Assembly: GCF_009914755.1 (NCBI RefSeq)
Contig: NC_060933.1
Strand: one strand, 5' to 3'
Source of the DNA: the human T2T-CHM13v2.0 reference genome, Homo sapiens
DNA length: 64,000 nt
The notes beneath the pieces were generated by a model that saw only the letters and a list, made by a program, of their open reading frames with translations, ran no database searches and was not told the DNA's origin. Made by a program: the position numbers and the translations under genes. Shown in pieces: positions 1 to 13,852 of the stretch (positions are counted from its first letter, which is position 1; every line of letters begins with the position of its first letter).

Positions 1-192
<192 letters not shown>

Positions 193-365
193 CAAGTGGA
201 TCAGCTTGTGGTATCCAGCTACTCCAGTCTTCCATCCTGCCTTGCAGTGGCACATGAGTGGTACACAGACAGAGACCCCTCTGTCCCTGCCTCTCATGAT
301 TTCCAAAGACCAGCTGCCTGGGTCTTCAGAGGTGGGGCCACTGTGATCTTGCTCATCTCTGCCCC

Positions 366-830
366 TTTTTTTTTTATTATTATACTTTAAGTTTTAGGGT
401 ACATGTGCACAATGTGCAGGTTAGTTACATATGTATACATGTGCCATGCTGGTGTGCTGCACCCACTAACTCGTCATCTAGCATTAGGTATATCTCTCAG
501 TGCTATCCCTCCCCCCTCCCCCAACCCCACAACAGTCCCCAGAGTGTGATGTTCCCCTTCCTGTGTCCATATGTTCTCATTGTTCAATTCCCACCTATGA
601 GTGAGAATATGCGGTGTTTGGTTTTTTGTTCTTGCGATAGTTTACTGAGAATGATGATTTCCAATTTCATCCATGTCCCTACAAAGGACATGAACTCATC
701 ATTTTTTATGGCTGCATAGTATTCCATGGCGTATATGTGCCACATTTTCTTAATCCAGTCTATCATTGTTGGACATTTGGGTTGGTTCCAAGTCTTTGCT
801 ATTGTGAATAGTGCCGCAATAAACATATGT
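366..830 (-). mobile_element. 5'-truncated young L1PA (L1PA2/3-like) 3' end
   Basis: Poly-T, L1 3'UTR with GAG (not ACA/ACG) diagnostic; ORF 584-826 is the ORF2 C-terminus (...KHRIFSLIGGN). Confidence 0.93.
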
Positions 831-1097
831 TCTGAAGGGGATGGGAATTGTCTTACATTTTAAATCCTCCGTTTCACTGGGAGTGCCCATCAGAATTTGG
901 CTAGAACTGTTGCTCTAGGTCACAATTACTTCTGCCAAAGGTATGTGCATATTTACGACTGTGCACATGCTTTGTGTTTACCGTGTCTCAGCAGCACTCT
1001 TTGCATTCATGCTGATAATGAAAACTCAATTTATAGTAAAAACAAGCATTTTGTTGTGAAATTGGGTTTTAAGGATCCTATAAAGGCATTGCAGAGA

Positions 1098-1278
1098 TTT
1101 ATTTTAGCCTAGTAAATATCTTGCTCTAGGGTGAGACTTTAGAACCTTCGAACAGTTCATTTTGAAGGATTTGGTTATTAGAAAACTTTTATAGTCTCTT
1201 AAATTTAATCCAGAAGAATAACAAATTGAAGGCCTTCCAACAACAATGGATTTCCCATATCTGGAATATCTTGGCATC
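1098..1278 (-). pseudogene. Possible terminal exon
   Basis: atgtag|G then 57 open codons (MPRYSRYGKSIVVGRPS...RYLLG), TAA at 1106-1104 followed by AATAAA at 1103-1098; weak acceptor. Confidence 0.25.
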
Positions 1279-2150
1279 CTACATAGGCTGGATGGTACAA
1301 GACTGGTAGCTGGGAGTTGGGAGACCTGGGTCCTAGGCTACTCAAAGGCTAGATGACTGTAGGTGCGTCCCTTTTCCCCTCTAGGCCTTCAATTTTCTCA
1401 AATTCAGCCTAGGGGTTGAATTTTTACATAAAAACTTTTGATCCTGCAGTTCCACACTTAGAAAATGTTCCTGAAGGAAAAAATTTAACAAAAGCAGTAA
1501 GTTATATGTTTAAAACTGTTCAATGCAATGTTATCTATAAAGGCAAAAAAGCAGAAGCAATAAAAATATCCCATGAATTGGAAATAGATGATAGAATTAT
1601 AGAAACACTTGTGGCAGAATAATAAATTGACATTAAAAATAGTAATTGCCATATATATATATATTCCTTCTCTCTCAACACCAGTAAGACTGGCATAATG
1701 CTCATTAAAACGAAACAGTGGTTATTTCTAGATGGAATTATGGTTCATTTTTGTTTTCTTCTTTATGCTTTCATGTATATTTCAAATGTTCCATAATGAA
1801 CACATATGACTTTTATAAAAAACTACTGTCATTGAAGTAGCAATTAATTTTATAAAGAGTAAGTGACAAAGAAGAAAATAGTTAAGTTATAATGTGAAAT
1901 GAGAAGGAAATGAAATGAAGATGAAATGAATACTCAGGCTGCACCTAGGTTGAAATGGCAACAGACCAAATCCCTGAAAATCACTTTGCTAATTATCAAT
2001 CCATTTAATAACCAATTCTCTAAAAATTTACCACCCTGCCTATAGGTGTTTTTGTGTCTATTCAATTATATTCTTTTTTCATTTTGCCATCTTTTGACAT
2101 GTTAAGTATTTTAAATAAATTGTCTAAGGGTACTTCTGATTTTATATTTC

Positions 2151-2451
<301 letters not shown>

Positions 2452-2604
2452 TTGATTATATATTTCTAAGAGTTCTTTTAAACATATGCACCACCCCTTG
2501 ATTATGGGATTGTTTTTATCCTTTTGTGTGTAATTGTTCATTTTTAATCTACTTTGGAATAATTTAATAAGTTGTGCGCCTGTTTGCTAAAAACCCTTTC
2601 TTTA

Positions 2605-2784
<180 letters not shown>

Positions 2785-2789
2785 TTAGG

Positions 2790-3390
2790 ACATTAGAACA
2801 TCCATCCATGTCTTGCTTGCTCTATAACTCTGGTGACAGATGCCAGTGAAGGCTCAGGACAGAAGGAGCCTTTATAATTGATTGTCCTTAATATCTTGGG
2901 CACCATTGTAAAGTTTGTTAGAAATACTAAATCTCTCTCTCTCTTTTTTTTTTTTTTTGTGCGTGTGCATGTGTGTGTGTGTGTTTGTGAGTGGCAGGGT
3001 CTTGCTCTGTCTGCCAGGCTGGAGTGCAGTGGTGCAATCACAACTCACTGCAGTTTGGCCTCCTCTCAGGCTCCAATGATCCTCCACCTCAGCCTCCCGA
3101 GTAGCTGAAACTATAGTTGCACACCACCATGCCCAGCTAATTTTTGTATGTTTTCTATGGAGTTTTGCTATGTTGCCCAGGCTGGTCTGGAACTCCTGGG
3201 CTCAAGAAATCTGCCCGCCTTGGCCTCCCAAAGGGCTAGGATTGCAGGTGTAAGCCACTGCACCTGGCCATAAGTGGGATTCTTCATGATGAACCTGAAG
3301 AACTTTTGGGTACTACTTCAAGATCGGCCCAGTGCAGAAATCAAGGCTTCAGTTGCAGCTTCCTACTTTAGCATCTGCATGTGAATATAC
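2790..3390 (-). pseudogene. Remnant exon interrupted by AluJ
   Basis: Long Y-tract ending ttg (decayed AG); EALISALGRS*SSTQKFFRFIMKNPT [Alu] DLVFLTNF..KILRTINYKGSFCPEPSLAS. Confidence 0.45.
2944..3269 (-). mobile_element. AluJ with (GT)n/T tail
   Basis: ctcctgggctcaag J-type features. Confidence 0.88.
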
Positions 3391-4122
3391 CAAGAAAGAG
3401 AGGAGGAAAGAGAGAAAAGATAGAAATAGAACAATTTATAAGAACAGCCTATCTGTCCTTCCCCAGTTTAAAATTGAAATCATTAGATTTAGTTATATTT
3501 AAATTTAGCAACTGAAAAAAATGGAATGGAACTTTAGATAAATGTTTCTTCAAACAAGTGAAATTGGTTGGTTAAGACCCCTTTAAAGTTAAAAGAAGAA
3601 ACATGAAAAACTTTAATTGGTCAGAACCATTGTTATTTTCTTTCAATTAAATCTGATAGTCTCTACTGCTAATGCCAGTTTAATCTATTTATATTTATTT
3701 GATCCCTGATGTTTGGACTTATTTTCAAATTGCTCTTTTATTTGTTTCCTTTTTTTTTCTTTGCTTTCCTTCCTTCTTTTGCGTTAATAAAGTTTTCTAT
3801 ATATATATTCCCCCTTTTTGCCCCTGCTTATTGGAAGCTTAGCTTTTATTTATATTTCTTTAGTGGTTACAATTAAAAATTTAACATATGTATTTAGTGA
3901 TCAGTTTCGCAAATACAATCTAAAGTTATTCAATACTTCTAGTCATCTTTTGAGCAATCTTGACATACTTTTTATCACATTTCATAACCAATTATCCTTG
4001 TTACTGCAGTCTAGGTATTTAGTTCCATTTCTGTTTAAATTATAAAAGATGATGTGATTATTACATGCAGTCAACAGTTAATTAAATTTTATCAATTTTA
4101 TCAATTTCTGCGTTCATCATTT

Positions 4123-4460
4123 TCTTAGTCCACTCAGGCTGCTATAACAAAGTACCATAGACTGAGTAGCTTATACACAACAGAAATTTCTCATTGTTCT
4201 GAATAAGGGGAAATTCGAGATCAAGGCACCAACAGATTCGGGCCCATTTCTGGGTTCACAGATAGCACTTTCTAGCTGTGTCCTTTCATGGTGGCAGGGG
4301 CTAGCTTGCTCTCTGGGGTACTAAGGGCTCTACCTTCATGATCCAATTACCTCCCAAGGCTCCACCTCCTAATACCATCACCGTGGAGTTTAGGATTACA
4401 ATATATGAACTGGTGGGGGTGGGGGTGAGTTGGGGCACACAAAAATTCAGACCGTAGTCA
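4123..4460. mobile_element. MLT1A-like MaLR LTR
   Basis: tcttagtcc..ggctgctataacaaagtaccatagactg...attcagaccgtag. Confidence 0.75.
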
Positions 4461-4904
4461 TTTTCTTTGTATTCTATTCTCTTTGATTTCAAACTTCTTC
4501 TTGATGAAAAGTCATTAAGTAGTAAATGGTACATCTTGGGGGGAAAATTTTTATTTTACCTTCCCTCTGGAATGATTGTTAACTTTTATACTTAAAGTAT
4601 GAAAGTCTAGGTTAGTAGCACTTTTCCTTAGCACTTTTAAGTTAATTCTTTAATTTTCTTTCACCTTTTAATTTGGCTAATGAGGGCTGGCTTTTAGCAT
4701 AATTTATTTGTTTTCTGGCAGCTTTTAAGATTTTCTCTATATCCTTCATTTACCGACACTTCTTTATAATGCATCTAGGTGTGAATTTATTTCTTCTGTC
4801 CAGTATCATGTACTTTCAAGGTTAGGACTTATATCTTTCTTTAATAGTGAAAAATTCTCAGTCATTATCTCACTAAGTATTGTTTCTTCACTATTCTTTC
4901 TTTT

Positions 4905-5203
<299 letters not shown>

Positions 5204-5262
5204 TCACTATTCTTTCTTTTTTCCTGTTTTGGCTATTCTCTTAGAAGTATGCTGAATCCTCT

Positions 5263-5549
<287 letters not shown>

Positions 5550-5580
5550 CTATCCTTTCTCCCTTAACTCTTCATTCTTC

Positions 5581-5652
5581 TGTGTGTGTATACATATATA
5601 TGTATATGTGTGTGTATGTGTGCACATGTATATATGTGTATATATATGTATC
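5581..5652. repeat. (TG)/(TA) mixed microsatellite
   Basis: Direct reading. Confidence 0.85.
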
Positions 5653-5760
5653 TACCTTGTGCTGTATTCTAGATGAATTCCTCAATACTATCTTCCAATT
5701 TATTAATTCTCTCTCCTATTGTATCCACTGTAGAATTTATTCTCTCCATTGTGATTATAA

Positions 5761-6064
5761 TTTATTTTTATTTTATTTTTGAGACAAGGTTTTGCTCTGT
5801 TGTCCAGACTGGTGTGCAGTAGTGTGATTATGGCTGCAGTCTTGACTTCCCAGGCTGAAGCGATCCTTCCACTTCAGCCCCCGCAAGTAGCTGGGACTAC
5901 AGGTACATGCCAGCATGCCCAGCTAATCTTTTTTGTTTTTTCACCTTGTTTATAGAGACAGGGTCTCATATTGCCTAGGCTGGTCTCGAACTCATGGGCT
6001 CAAGTGATCCTCCCACTGTGGCCCCTGAAAGTATTGGGATTACAGGTGTGAGCCACCATGCCCA
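5761..6064 (-). mobile_element. AluJ
   Basis: Diverged dimeric Alu. Confidence 0.88.
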
Positions 6065-7105
6065 ATGTTTATAATCAAAATGGTAAGATTTTTATTTCTA
6101 AGATTTATAATTGGTTCTTTTTTATATCCACCTGCTGTTGTTTTATTTACATCAGAATTTGTTTCATAAATTGTTGTTTCCTTTTGACAAATGACAGCTT
6201 TCATTATCTCATTGAGAGCCTTAAACATTCTTATTTTAAAGTCTTTTCCAGACTGGCTCATTATATTAATTTTGATTGCAATTAATATACCCAATTATTA
6301 ATTTTGTTAACTTTCTTAGGATTAGTTTATTTCATATGTGTTTTTTGTTGTTGAGATATAAATCACATACCATAAAATTCACCTCTTTAAAGTATATAAT
6401 TAACTGGTTTTTAATAAACTCACAAGACTGTGCAACTATTACCACTATCTAATTAAAAACACTTTGATCACCTCCCAAAGAAACCTCATATTCATTAGTA
6501 GTCACTCCCTATGTCCCCCTCCGCCTTATCCCTAGAAACCACTTATCTACTTTTTATCTCCAAGATTTGCCTATTCTGAACATTTCATGTAAGCAGAATC
6601 ATATGATATGTGGTCTTTTGTCTCTGGGTTTTTCCACCTAGCACAATGTTTCATCTTATAGTTCACCTAACATAATGTTTCATCTTACAGGATGAATCAG
6701 TTACTTCATCCTTTTTAGGGCTGAATAATATTCCATTGTATGAACGGACCACATGTTATTTAACTATTCATCAATCAATTGATGGGCATTTGGGTTGTTT
6801 ATACTTTTGGGATGTCATGAATGCTGCTATGAAAATTGTATACAAATTTTTGTGTGGATATATGTTTCTTCTGCCTGCTAAAATATTGCACTTAAGCCAT
6901 ATCTGGAAATGAAGTTTTTATTTCAGTTATTATATTTTTCTATGCCAGAATATCTAATTGGTTCCTTTTAATAATTTTCTACATTTTTACTGATATTCTC
7001 TATATGGTGAGCCATCATTCTCATACTCTCCTTTAGTTCTTTGGACATAGTTTCCTTAGCTCATTGAACATAATTTCAATAGATGATTTAAAGTCTTTGT
7101 CTATT

Positions 7106-7402
7106 GGTGGCTGAGGCGGGAGGATTGCTTGAGCCTAAGGAGTTCGAGACCAGCCTGAGCAACATGGCAAGACCCTGTCTCTACCAAGAAAAAAAAAAAA
7201 ATTAGCCAGGCATGGTGGTTTGCACTTGTGGTCCTAGCTACTCAGGAGGTTGAAGCAGAAGGATTGTTTGGGTCTGGGAGGTAGAGGCTACAGTGAATCA
7301 TGTTTCTGCCATTACACTCCAGCCAGCACAACAGAGCGAGACCCTGTTTCACACACAAAAGAAGAATGAATGAATAAATAAATAAATAAATAAATAAAAA
7401 TA
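7106..7402 (+). mobile_element. AluJ with (AATA)n tail
   Basis: Alu body. Confidence 0.88.
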
Positions 7403-9431
7403 AAGTCCTTGTCTAGTAAGACCAGTGTCTGCTGTTCCTCAGGAACAGTTTTTATTGACTGCTTTTCTTCCTGTATATGGGCCATAATTTCTTGTTTCTT
7501 TATTATTATTAATTATTTTCTCTTAAGTCCCCCTGAAAATGAAATACTTTGTTTCTTTAAATGTCTCTTAATATTTTGTGGAAAATTGGAAATTTTAAAT
7601 TTGGCAACTCTGGAAATAAGATTATCCAGGATTTGTTGTTACTGTTTGTTGCTTTTGTTAATTTCTTTAGTGACTTTTCTGAACTAATTGAGTAAAGTCT
7701 GAATTCCTAGTTCTGTTTAGCCATCTAAGTCTCTTACCTTAGTGGTGAGCAAATGATTGGATAGAGATTTCCTTAAACTCTTGCAATCAGTAAATCTCCC
7801 TCTCTTTGCCAAAGGACCGTGTGTGTGTGTGTTTGTATGTGTGTGTGCATGCTTTCCAAACTCAGCCAGGCTGTTAGCAACTCTAACTCTTCACTTCTTA
7901 CTTGTGCAAGATCTCAAGGTCAGCCCAAGGTGGGAGCTTAGGACCTTCTCAGGTTTTTCCTGCATATGTGCATAGCCCTAGGTATGTGTATAGCCCTATG
8001 CATGTGTGTGGCCTTCTAGAGTCCCAGGAACATGTCAAAACTTCTTAAAGCCCCTGTGGACATCTCATGCCTCAGCTTTTCCTTTTAAGCTTTTTGTTTA
8101 GCCTATTGTTTACCCCAATTATCTAACTGCCTTGGGAAGCTACAAATGTAATCAATTGCCTCTAATTGTTTATAACAAACACCCCCCAGGGAAAAGGCTT
8201 TTTGTACTGTGTGAGCTTTGAGTCAGGTCAAATAAAGACAGCTCTTTAAAGTGAGGGCTTCCAGACAACTGTTAGACACATCAAATGATGACAATTTTCT
8301 GGAAATGAAGCTTTGAAGGAACAGCAACCCTGTTAAGCCCCCATGGTGGCTGGCAGGCTGCTGATTTTTACTATGATTTTAGGCTGTTAATTTTCAAGGC
8401 TACTGTGGAGCTGGAGAGCATGAGATGGAAACAGGGCAAATTAAAATGCCACAACACTTGCTGTCTTTGCTAAGATTTAGCTGTTTTTCTTTAATAATTG
8501 CTCCCTAGATTGCTACAAGAATTTGATTAACTTCCAGACTTCTAAAAAAGTTGATTCTAAAAATTTTTTGCCAGTATTCACATGACATATTCGAAGCATT
8601 AACGCTTCCATTTTCACTGGTATCAGCTTTTCAGGTGTTTTTAAATTTTGGTGTACAAGTTCATTTTGAATGGGAGAGCTCTTTCTCCCTGCATTCCTCC
8701 CTGTCTAGCAGTTATGTGGCCATCTCCACCCTGCCCCTCGGGACCCTTAGTTCAGAGCCATGTTTTGCATTAGCAGGCTGGAGCTCTAGCCCAGTGATCA
8801 CACTGGGGTTACTGCAGATACTTTCATCGAGTCAGCAGCTTGATTGATGTCCTGGTGGTAAGGATCTGTCCTCCCGGTCTCCCTAAGCTTGCAGTTTCAT
8901 ATGGGATGTAACTGGGAGCTGTCGGCAGACATTTCTAGCTTCCTTTCAAGAGCAAAAGGTACCAGTGCTTCCCTGGTTTGGAACAGTGAGCCCGACTCAG
9001 GTGCCCCACCTCATGTTGAAGGTTGTTACTTCTGGTTACACCCCAGAATCCGAATTCCCACTCTTAATGTTTGCTTCCCAACCTTGAGCCTAGGAGGCTC
9101 ATGGTTACACCTTCCTCTTCCCACTTTTTATTTCCGGTTCATAGAGATTCTTCTCTTGTTTTGAGCATGCCTATGTGTTTTTAATTTTCCCTCTTTACAT
9201 TTTATTTATTGTTGCTGTGTGTTTGGAGCAAGAGGGCTGGGGGGTATAGGAGTAGGCAAAACACAAGCGATCACTGTTATCTTGACTATGCATTGTATAA
9301 AATCTTCTGTCATTTAAATTTTTAAGTTATTTGTTAGCCTGAGACAGTATCTATTGATTCTCTGCTCTGATAGATGAGGAAATTAACCTAAGATGATTAA
9401 AAATGATAATACATATCTAGGTCATGCTTAC

Positions 9432-9532
9432 ATATTGGGGGCAGTACTCCTGAGTATATTTCTCTGACAAAACTACTCCAGCTGCTTTCAAAGTTGTATA
9501 AATATGCCAGACATCTATCTTGATTTTGCATT
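9432..9532 (-). pseudogene. Remnant exon
   Basis: ttatttctacgttttcctag|...ATAT|gtaagc, 101 bp; two open frames, one MQNQDRCLAYLYNFESSWSSFVREIYSGVLPPI. Confidence 0.5.
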
Positions 9533-10037
9533 CTAGGAAAACGTAGAAATAAGGCACCAATCACCATAACAAGGAAATTTTCCTTTTCTCTTGTCAACCA
9601 CATTTTATGAGGGTGAAGAGGTGGCTCTGTGGAGGAAAGAAGTAAATCCTAGAAAAACCATGATTTCATCTAATTACAATACTTACATGCATACCTATGA
9701 ACCTTGATGAAAAACTGTGACGTCCAACTGAGTAAAATTTCACTAACTAGAAGTGTAAGGAATAGATGAGCCCAATCCAATTTGACAAAGCTTTATTGAA
9801 TTTTTACAAGGTATAACTGGTGTTAGGCATTGAGAGGATGTAGAAGTGAGCAAAGACCATTTCTGTTCTCTAGGAGATGAGAAGGGAAGTAAAATAACTT
9901 GAGGGCTCATAGTGTGGTCTACGCGGGCTTGACGTCCTTCAGCGAAGTTGTTTCTGAGTGCAGGCCTGAGGACCAGGCAACTCCTATGGCACCTGGATAT
10001 TTAAGAACAAATCTCACCATCTTGTTGAAGCCCTCAC

Positions 10038-10246
10038 CATGAGGAGACAATTAGTGGCTTTATTTGAAATTTTCCTATTGACTTTTTCTCAACATGGTCC
10101 CATTGACTTTGGATCAACTCAGTTCTCCAAAAATGGAACTAATATTAATTGGCTAAGGACGCAGCTCTGAAGGGTACCAAAGTTCAGTTATTTTAAATGT
10201 TGAGATCTAGAGGTGGGGATAGACGTAGTTCCAGAGAAACCTCTTT
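10038..10246 (-). pseudogene. Remnant exon
   Basis: ttttatgtttgttag|...ATG|gtgagg; KRFLWNYVYPHL*ISTFKITELWYP, with FHFWRTELIQ in a shifted frame. Confidence 0.45.
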
Positions 10247-10479
10247 CTAACAAACATAAAATCAAACATTCTCTTGAGTGTGAGTTCTCTTAAGTTAAGG
10301 GGTGAGATCCTGGAGAAGAGTGTGGGATGTGCCTGCAGGGGCAGATGGGGGACACCAGCCTGGGAATCAGGAGACCAGCTAGGTTCTCATAAGCTATCCC
10401 TAATCTGGCTCTTCCAACCCTGTGAATACTGAGGCCAGCATTGTCTTTATAGAGCACAGTTTAACTCTGTGTTTTAGAT

Positions 10480-10832
10480 CAGGGGTCCACAACCCCCGGG
10501 ACCTGGACTGGAACTGGTCTGTGGCCTATTTGGAATTGGGCCACACAGCAGGCAGCGAGCAGTGGGCAGTGGGCAGTGGGCGAGCGAGCATTATTGTCTG
10601 AGCTCTGCCTCCTGTCAGATCAGCAGTGTTATTAGCTTCTCACAGGAGCTTGGACCCTATTGTGAACTGTGTGTGCGAGGGAGCTAGGTTGTAGACTCCT
10701 TATGAGAATCTAATGCCTGATGATCTGAGGTGGAACAATTTCATCCCCAAATCATCTCCCCAACCCCCTGTCCATGGAAAAATTATCTTCCACAAAACTG
10801 GTTCCTGGTCCCAAAAAGGTTGGGGACCGCTG
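10480..10832 (+). mobile_element. MER1B-like hAT-Charlie DNA transposon
   Basis: TIRs caggggtcc...ggggaccgctg; 8-bp TSD ttttagat/ttttacac. Confidence 0.88.
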
Positions 10833-10878
10833 TTTTACACAGTCCATTCACATGTCCCAAACACTTCCATGACTTTCC

Positions 10879-11952
10879 ATGAGGAAGGAAATGGGAGGCC
10901 ATTTCAGACAGGAAGACGTACATGGGTAAAGGTATGGATTTCCTCAACGTTTCTTGCCATTTGTCCATCTTTGACGTCACGCTCTCCCTTGTTGGAGTGG
11001 TTAAGGCAGGATAAAGTCCAAATTCTGTCACTTCCATAAAACACCCTGTCTGGTCTGGACCCTGCCAGTCTCTTTCACCACTCTCCTTCCACCCTAGACT
11101 TGGCCCCAGACATACCCAGCTGCTTGCAGGTCTATGAATTCATCCAGCTTCTATACCTGTATCTATGCTGTGCTGTATACCTGGAGGTACATCCCTGCCC
11201 TTCCCTCTTCCAGGAAGCCTTCACTCCTATAACAGTGATAAGCAGCTAGTATTGGCTAGGATAATTCTGGCAGCATATGACAGAGACCAAATAACAGTAG
11301 TTCACATAAAATACTAGTTAATTTGTTTCTCACCTAGTTATTAGGAAGGCTCTGCCTTACAAAGCTGCCTATAATGCAGATTCCTTCTGTGTTGGTCTGG
11401 GATGTATTCTTTATCCACATGATCCAAGGTGGCTTTCATTTGTCACTGTTATGAGGAAAGGCTTCTGGGAAGAAGGGCAGAAATGAGTCCTCCAACACGG
11501 AAAGGACATGCAAGCAGGAAGGGCAGGTGTCCTCTCTTTCAAAGGCATGGCCTGGAAGTTATACGCATCACTGGCACGCACTCCCCATTAGCCAGAACTG
11601 ACTCACATGGGCACAAAACCCAGCTGCAAGGAAGGTGGGGGAGTATAGCTTTTATTCTGGGAAGCCTCTGTTATTATGAGAGAAAAGGGGAAGGCTGACA
11701 TTGGAGAATGGCTGTATGTGGATGAGAGCTGTGAGAACAGAAGGACCACCCAGAAGGAATGAAGATGAAGACTTAACCACTCCAACAAGGGAGAGGGTGA
11801 TGTCACCCTTCCTTCTTAAGGAAGACTTAACCACCCCAATAAGGGAGAGGGTGACGTCAAAGATGGACAAATGGCAAGAAATGTTGAGGAAATCCATACC
11901 TTTACCCATGTACATCTTCCTGTCTGAAATGCCCTCCCATTTCCTTCCTCAT
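10879..11952. repeat. 127-bp inverted repeat (10879-11005 vs 11826-11952)
   Basis: Manual alignment, 6 mismatches; extra partial copy at 11767-11805. Confidence 0.95.
11245..11660. mobile_element. Old MLT1 (J/K-like) LTR
   Basis: Degenerate MLT1 motifs (cccattagccagaac...cagctgcaagg). Confidence 0.55.
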
Positions 11953-12143
11953 TTCTCCAGGCCCAATTTATGCTTGATTTCCTCATGGAGGCCTCTACTG
12001 ACAACTTCAGTCTTTCCCGGGCCTAGATAAAAAGTCTCTGTCTGGGTTACTAACTGGGCCAACATGATTATAATCATCTTTTATTGATGCCTCTTATGAA
12101 ACAGGTAATTTATATACATATACATATCTCATTTTCTTCTCAC

Positions 12144-12594
12144 CATGCCTTTATGAGACTTTTATTATTATTTTTTTATTTTTTATTTTTTAAAGAGACA
12201 GGGTTTCACTCTGTCACCCAGGCTGGTCTCCACCTCCTGGCCTCAAGCGCGATTCTTACCTGAGCTCTGACATTACAGGTGTGAGTCACTGCACCTGGCC
12301 CCTTGTTAGACTTTAAGAGGCTCGGCGAAAAATCACTTCTCTCTCCCCTTCTGAAATGAGGATCAATTGGGAAATAAAATCCAGGAGACTGGCGAATGGA
12401 CATCAATGTTAGCTTTTTATTGATAAACTGATTGGAGAGCATGACTTCCTATTTGTGGTCAAAGGGCTGGCTCATAACCCTCTTTGCACCCATACAGGAT
12501 CCCATACAGGGTCCCCCATAGAGAACTTGGAAAGGACTGCTGGGGGAAGTTTGGGCTTCAGAGTCACTCATCTACTGAGGATTCCTGCCTAGCC
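12144..12594 (-). pseudogene. Two remnant exons: 12594-~12480 and 12350-12144 (latter split by an Alu monomer)
   Basis: Acceptors cccttttctccataccag| and cctcatttcag|; removing the Alu gives EGEREVIFRRAS*SLIKA with donor ATG|gtgaga. Confidence 0.45.
12163..12300 (-). mobile_element. Alu monomer (FLAM-like)
   Basis: Single arm; degenerate TSD at 12148-12162 and 12301-12314. Confidence 0.8.
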
Positions 12595-13217
12595 CTGGTA
12601 TGGAGAAAAGGGATGAAAAGAGGAAACATCCCTAGTCTTACAGCCTTTTAATAACTTAGCTCTACCCACCAAGAACTGTGGTCCCAAGGCTGTGGCCCCA
12701 CATCAGGTAACTCATTCACTTCCTCTCTGAGGGGTAGAGGGGAAGGGGCGGGGCAAGAGGCCAGGAGTGTTACTCTTTTTGCGTTCTGTCCATGGGGAAA
12801 CGGGAGGCAAGAGGAACGAAATTTCTGCCATAACAATCCCTAATGAGAGGAATTGCTTTGCCCATGTTATAGGCGAGGAAATCAGCACTGCGAGAAGGGC
12901 TGTGACTTGCTAGGGTCACTGAGATGTCATCCAGGTATTAGATGGCAGAGAATTTTGGAACCAAATCTATCTAGCCTTGGTCATTAGTCACTATCTGTAG
13001 TAGCTTATAAGCTCTTTGAAGGAAGCATTACAATCAAACATCTCTACTTTCCCAGCAGCAGCTAGCAAAATGTCTGTTCATTAAAAGACTCACAGCAGAG
13101 TCTGGTATAAAGGGCCCGGGTTCTGGTCCACATATGTTGCCTCTTTGTCCTCGTCTCATGTTCAGTCAATCTCTTTACCAGGACGTTTCACGTCAGAGCA
13201 GGAAGCAGTGATGCTAC

Positions 13218-13332
13218 CTGGGGACCTTGTCAACGCTGCTGCCTCTGAAGAGTCCCTTGCTGGGTTTATAGTTTGAGGCACTTTGTTGCATTTTTTTGAA
13301 ATCCACTTTCTCCGTTGAGCCTCCTACTACTC
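13218..13332 (-). pseudogene. Remnant exon, frame open
   Basis: ccttttcttccctcctcag|...CAG|gtagca; VVGGSTEKVDFKKMQQSASNYKPSKGLFRGSSVDKVP. Confidence 0.45.
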
Positions 13333-13434
13333 CTGAGGAGGGAAGAAAAGGGTGGTGAAGAGATTAAGGGCAATGTGGGATTAAGGACCATGGGTGGTCC
13401 AGGCTGGTAGTTTAGTTCGTAACCCTTCAAATAA

Positions 13435-13780
<346 letters not shown>

Positions 13781-13852
13781 AACATGTATTTCAAGAGGAT
13801 AGAGAGAGACTGGCTGTTAATAGAAATTGCACAGAAAAAGGGATTCTCTTAC

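Noticed and set aside
9432-9532. EF-hand/calpain-like reading KIDVWHIYTTLKAAGVVLSEK
   Set aside because: It is an alternative open frame, but no other exon supports an EF-hand protein; not fully excluded.
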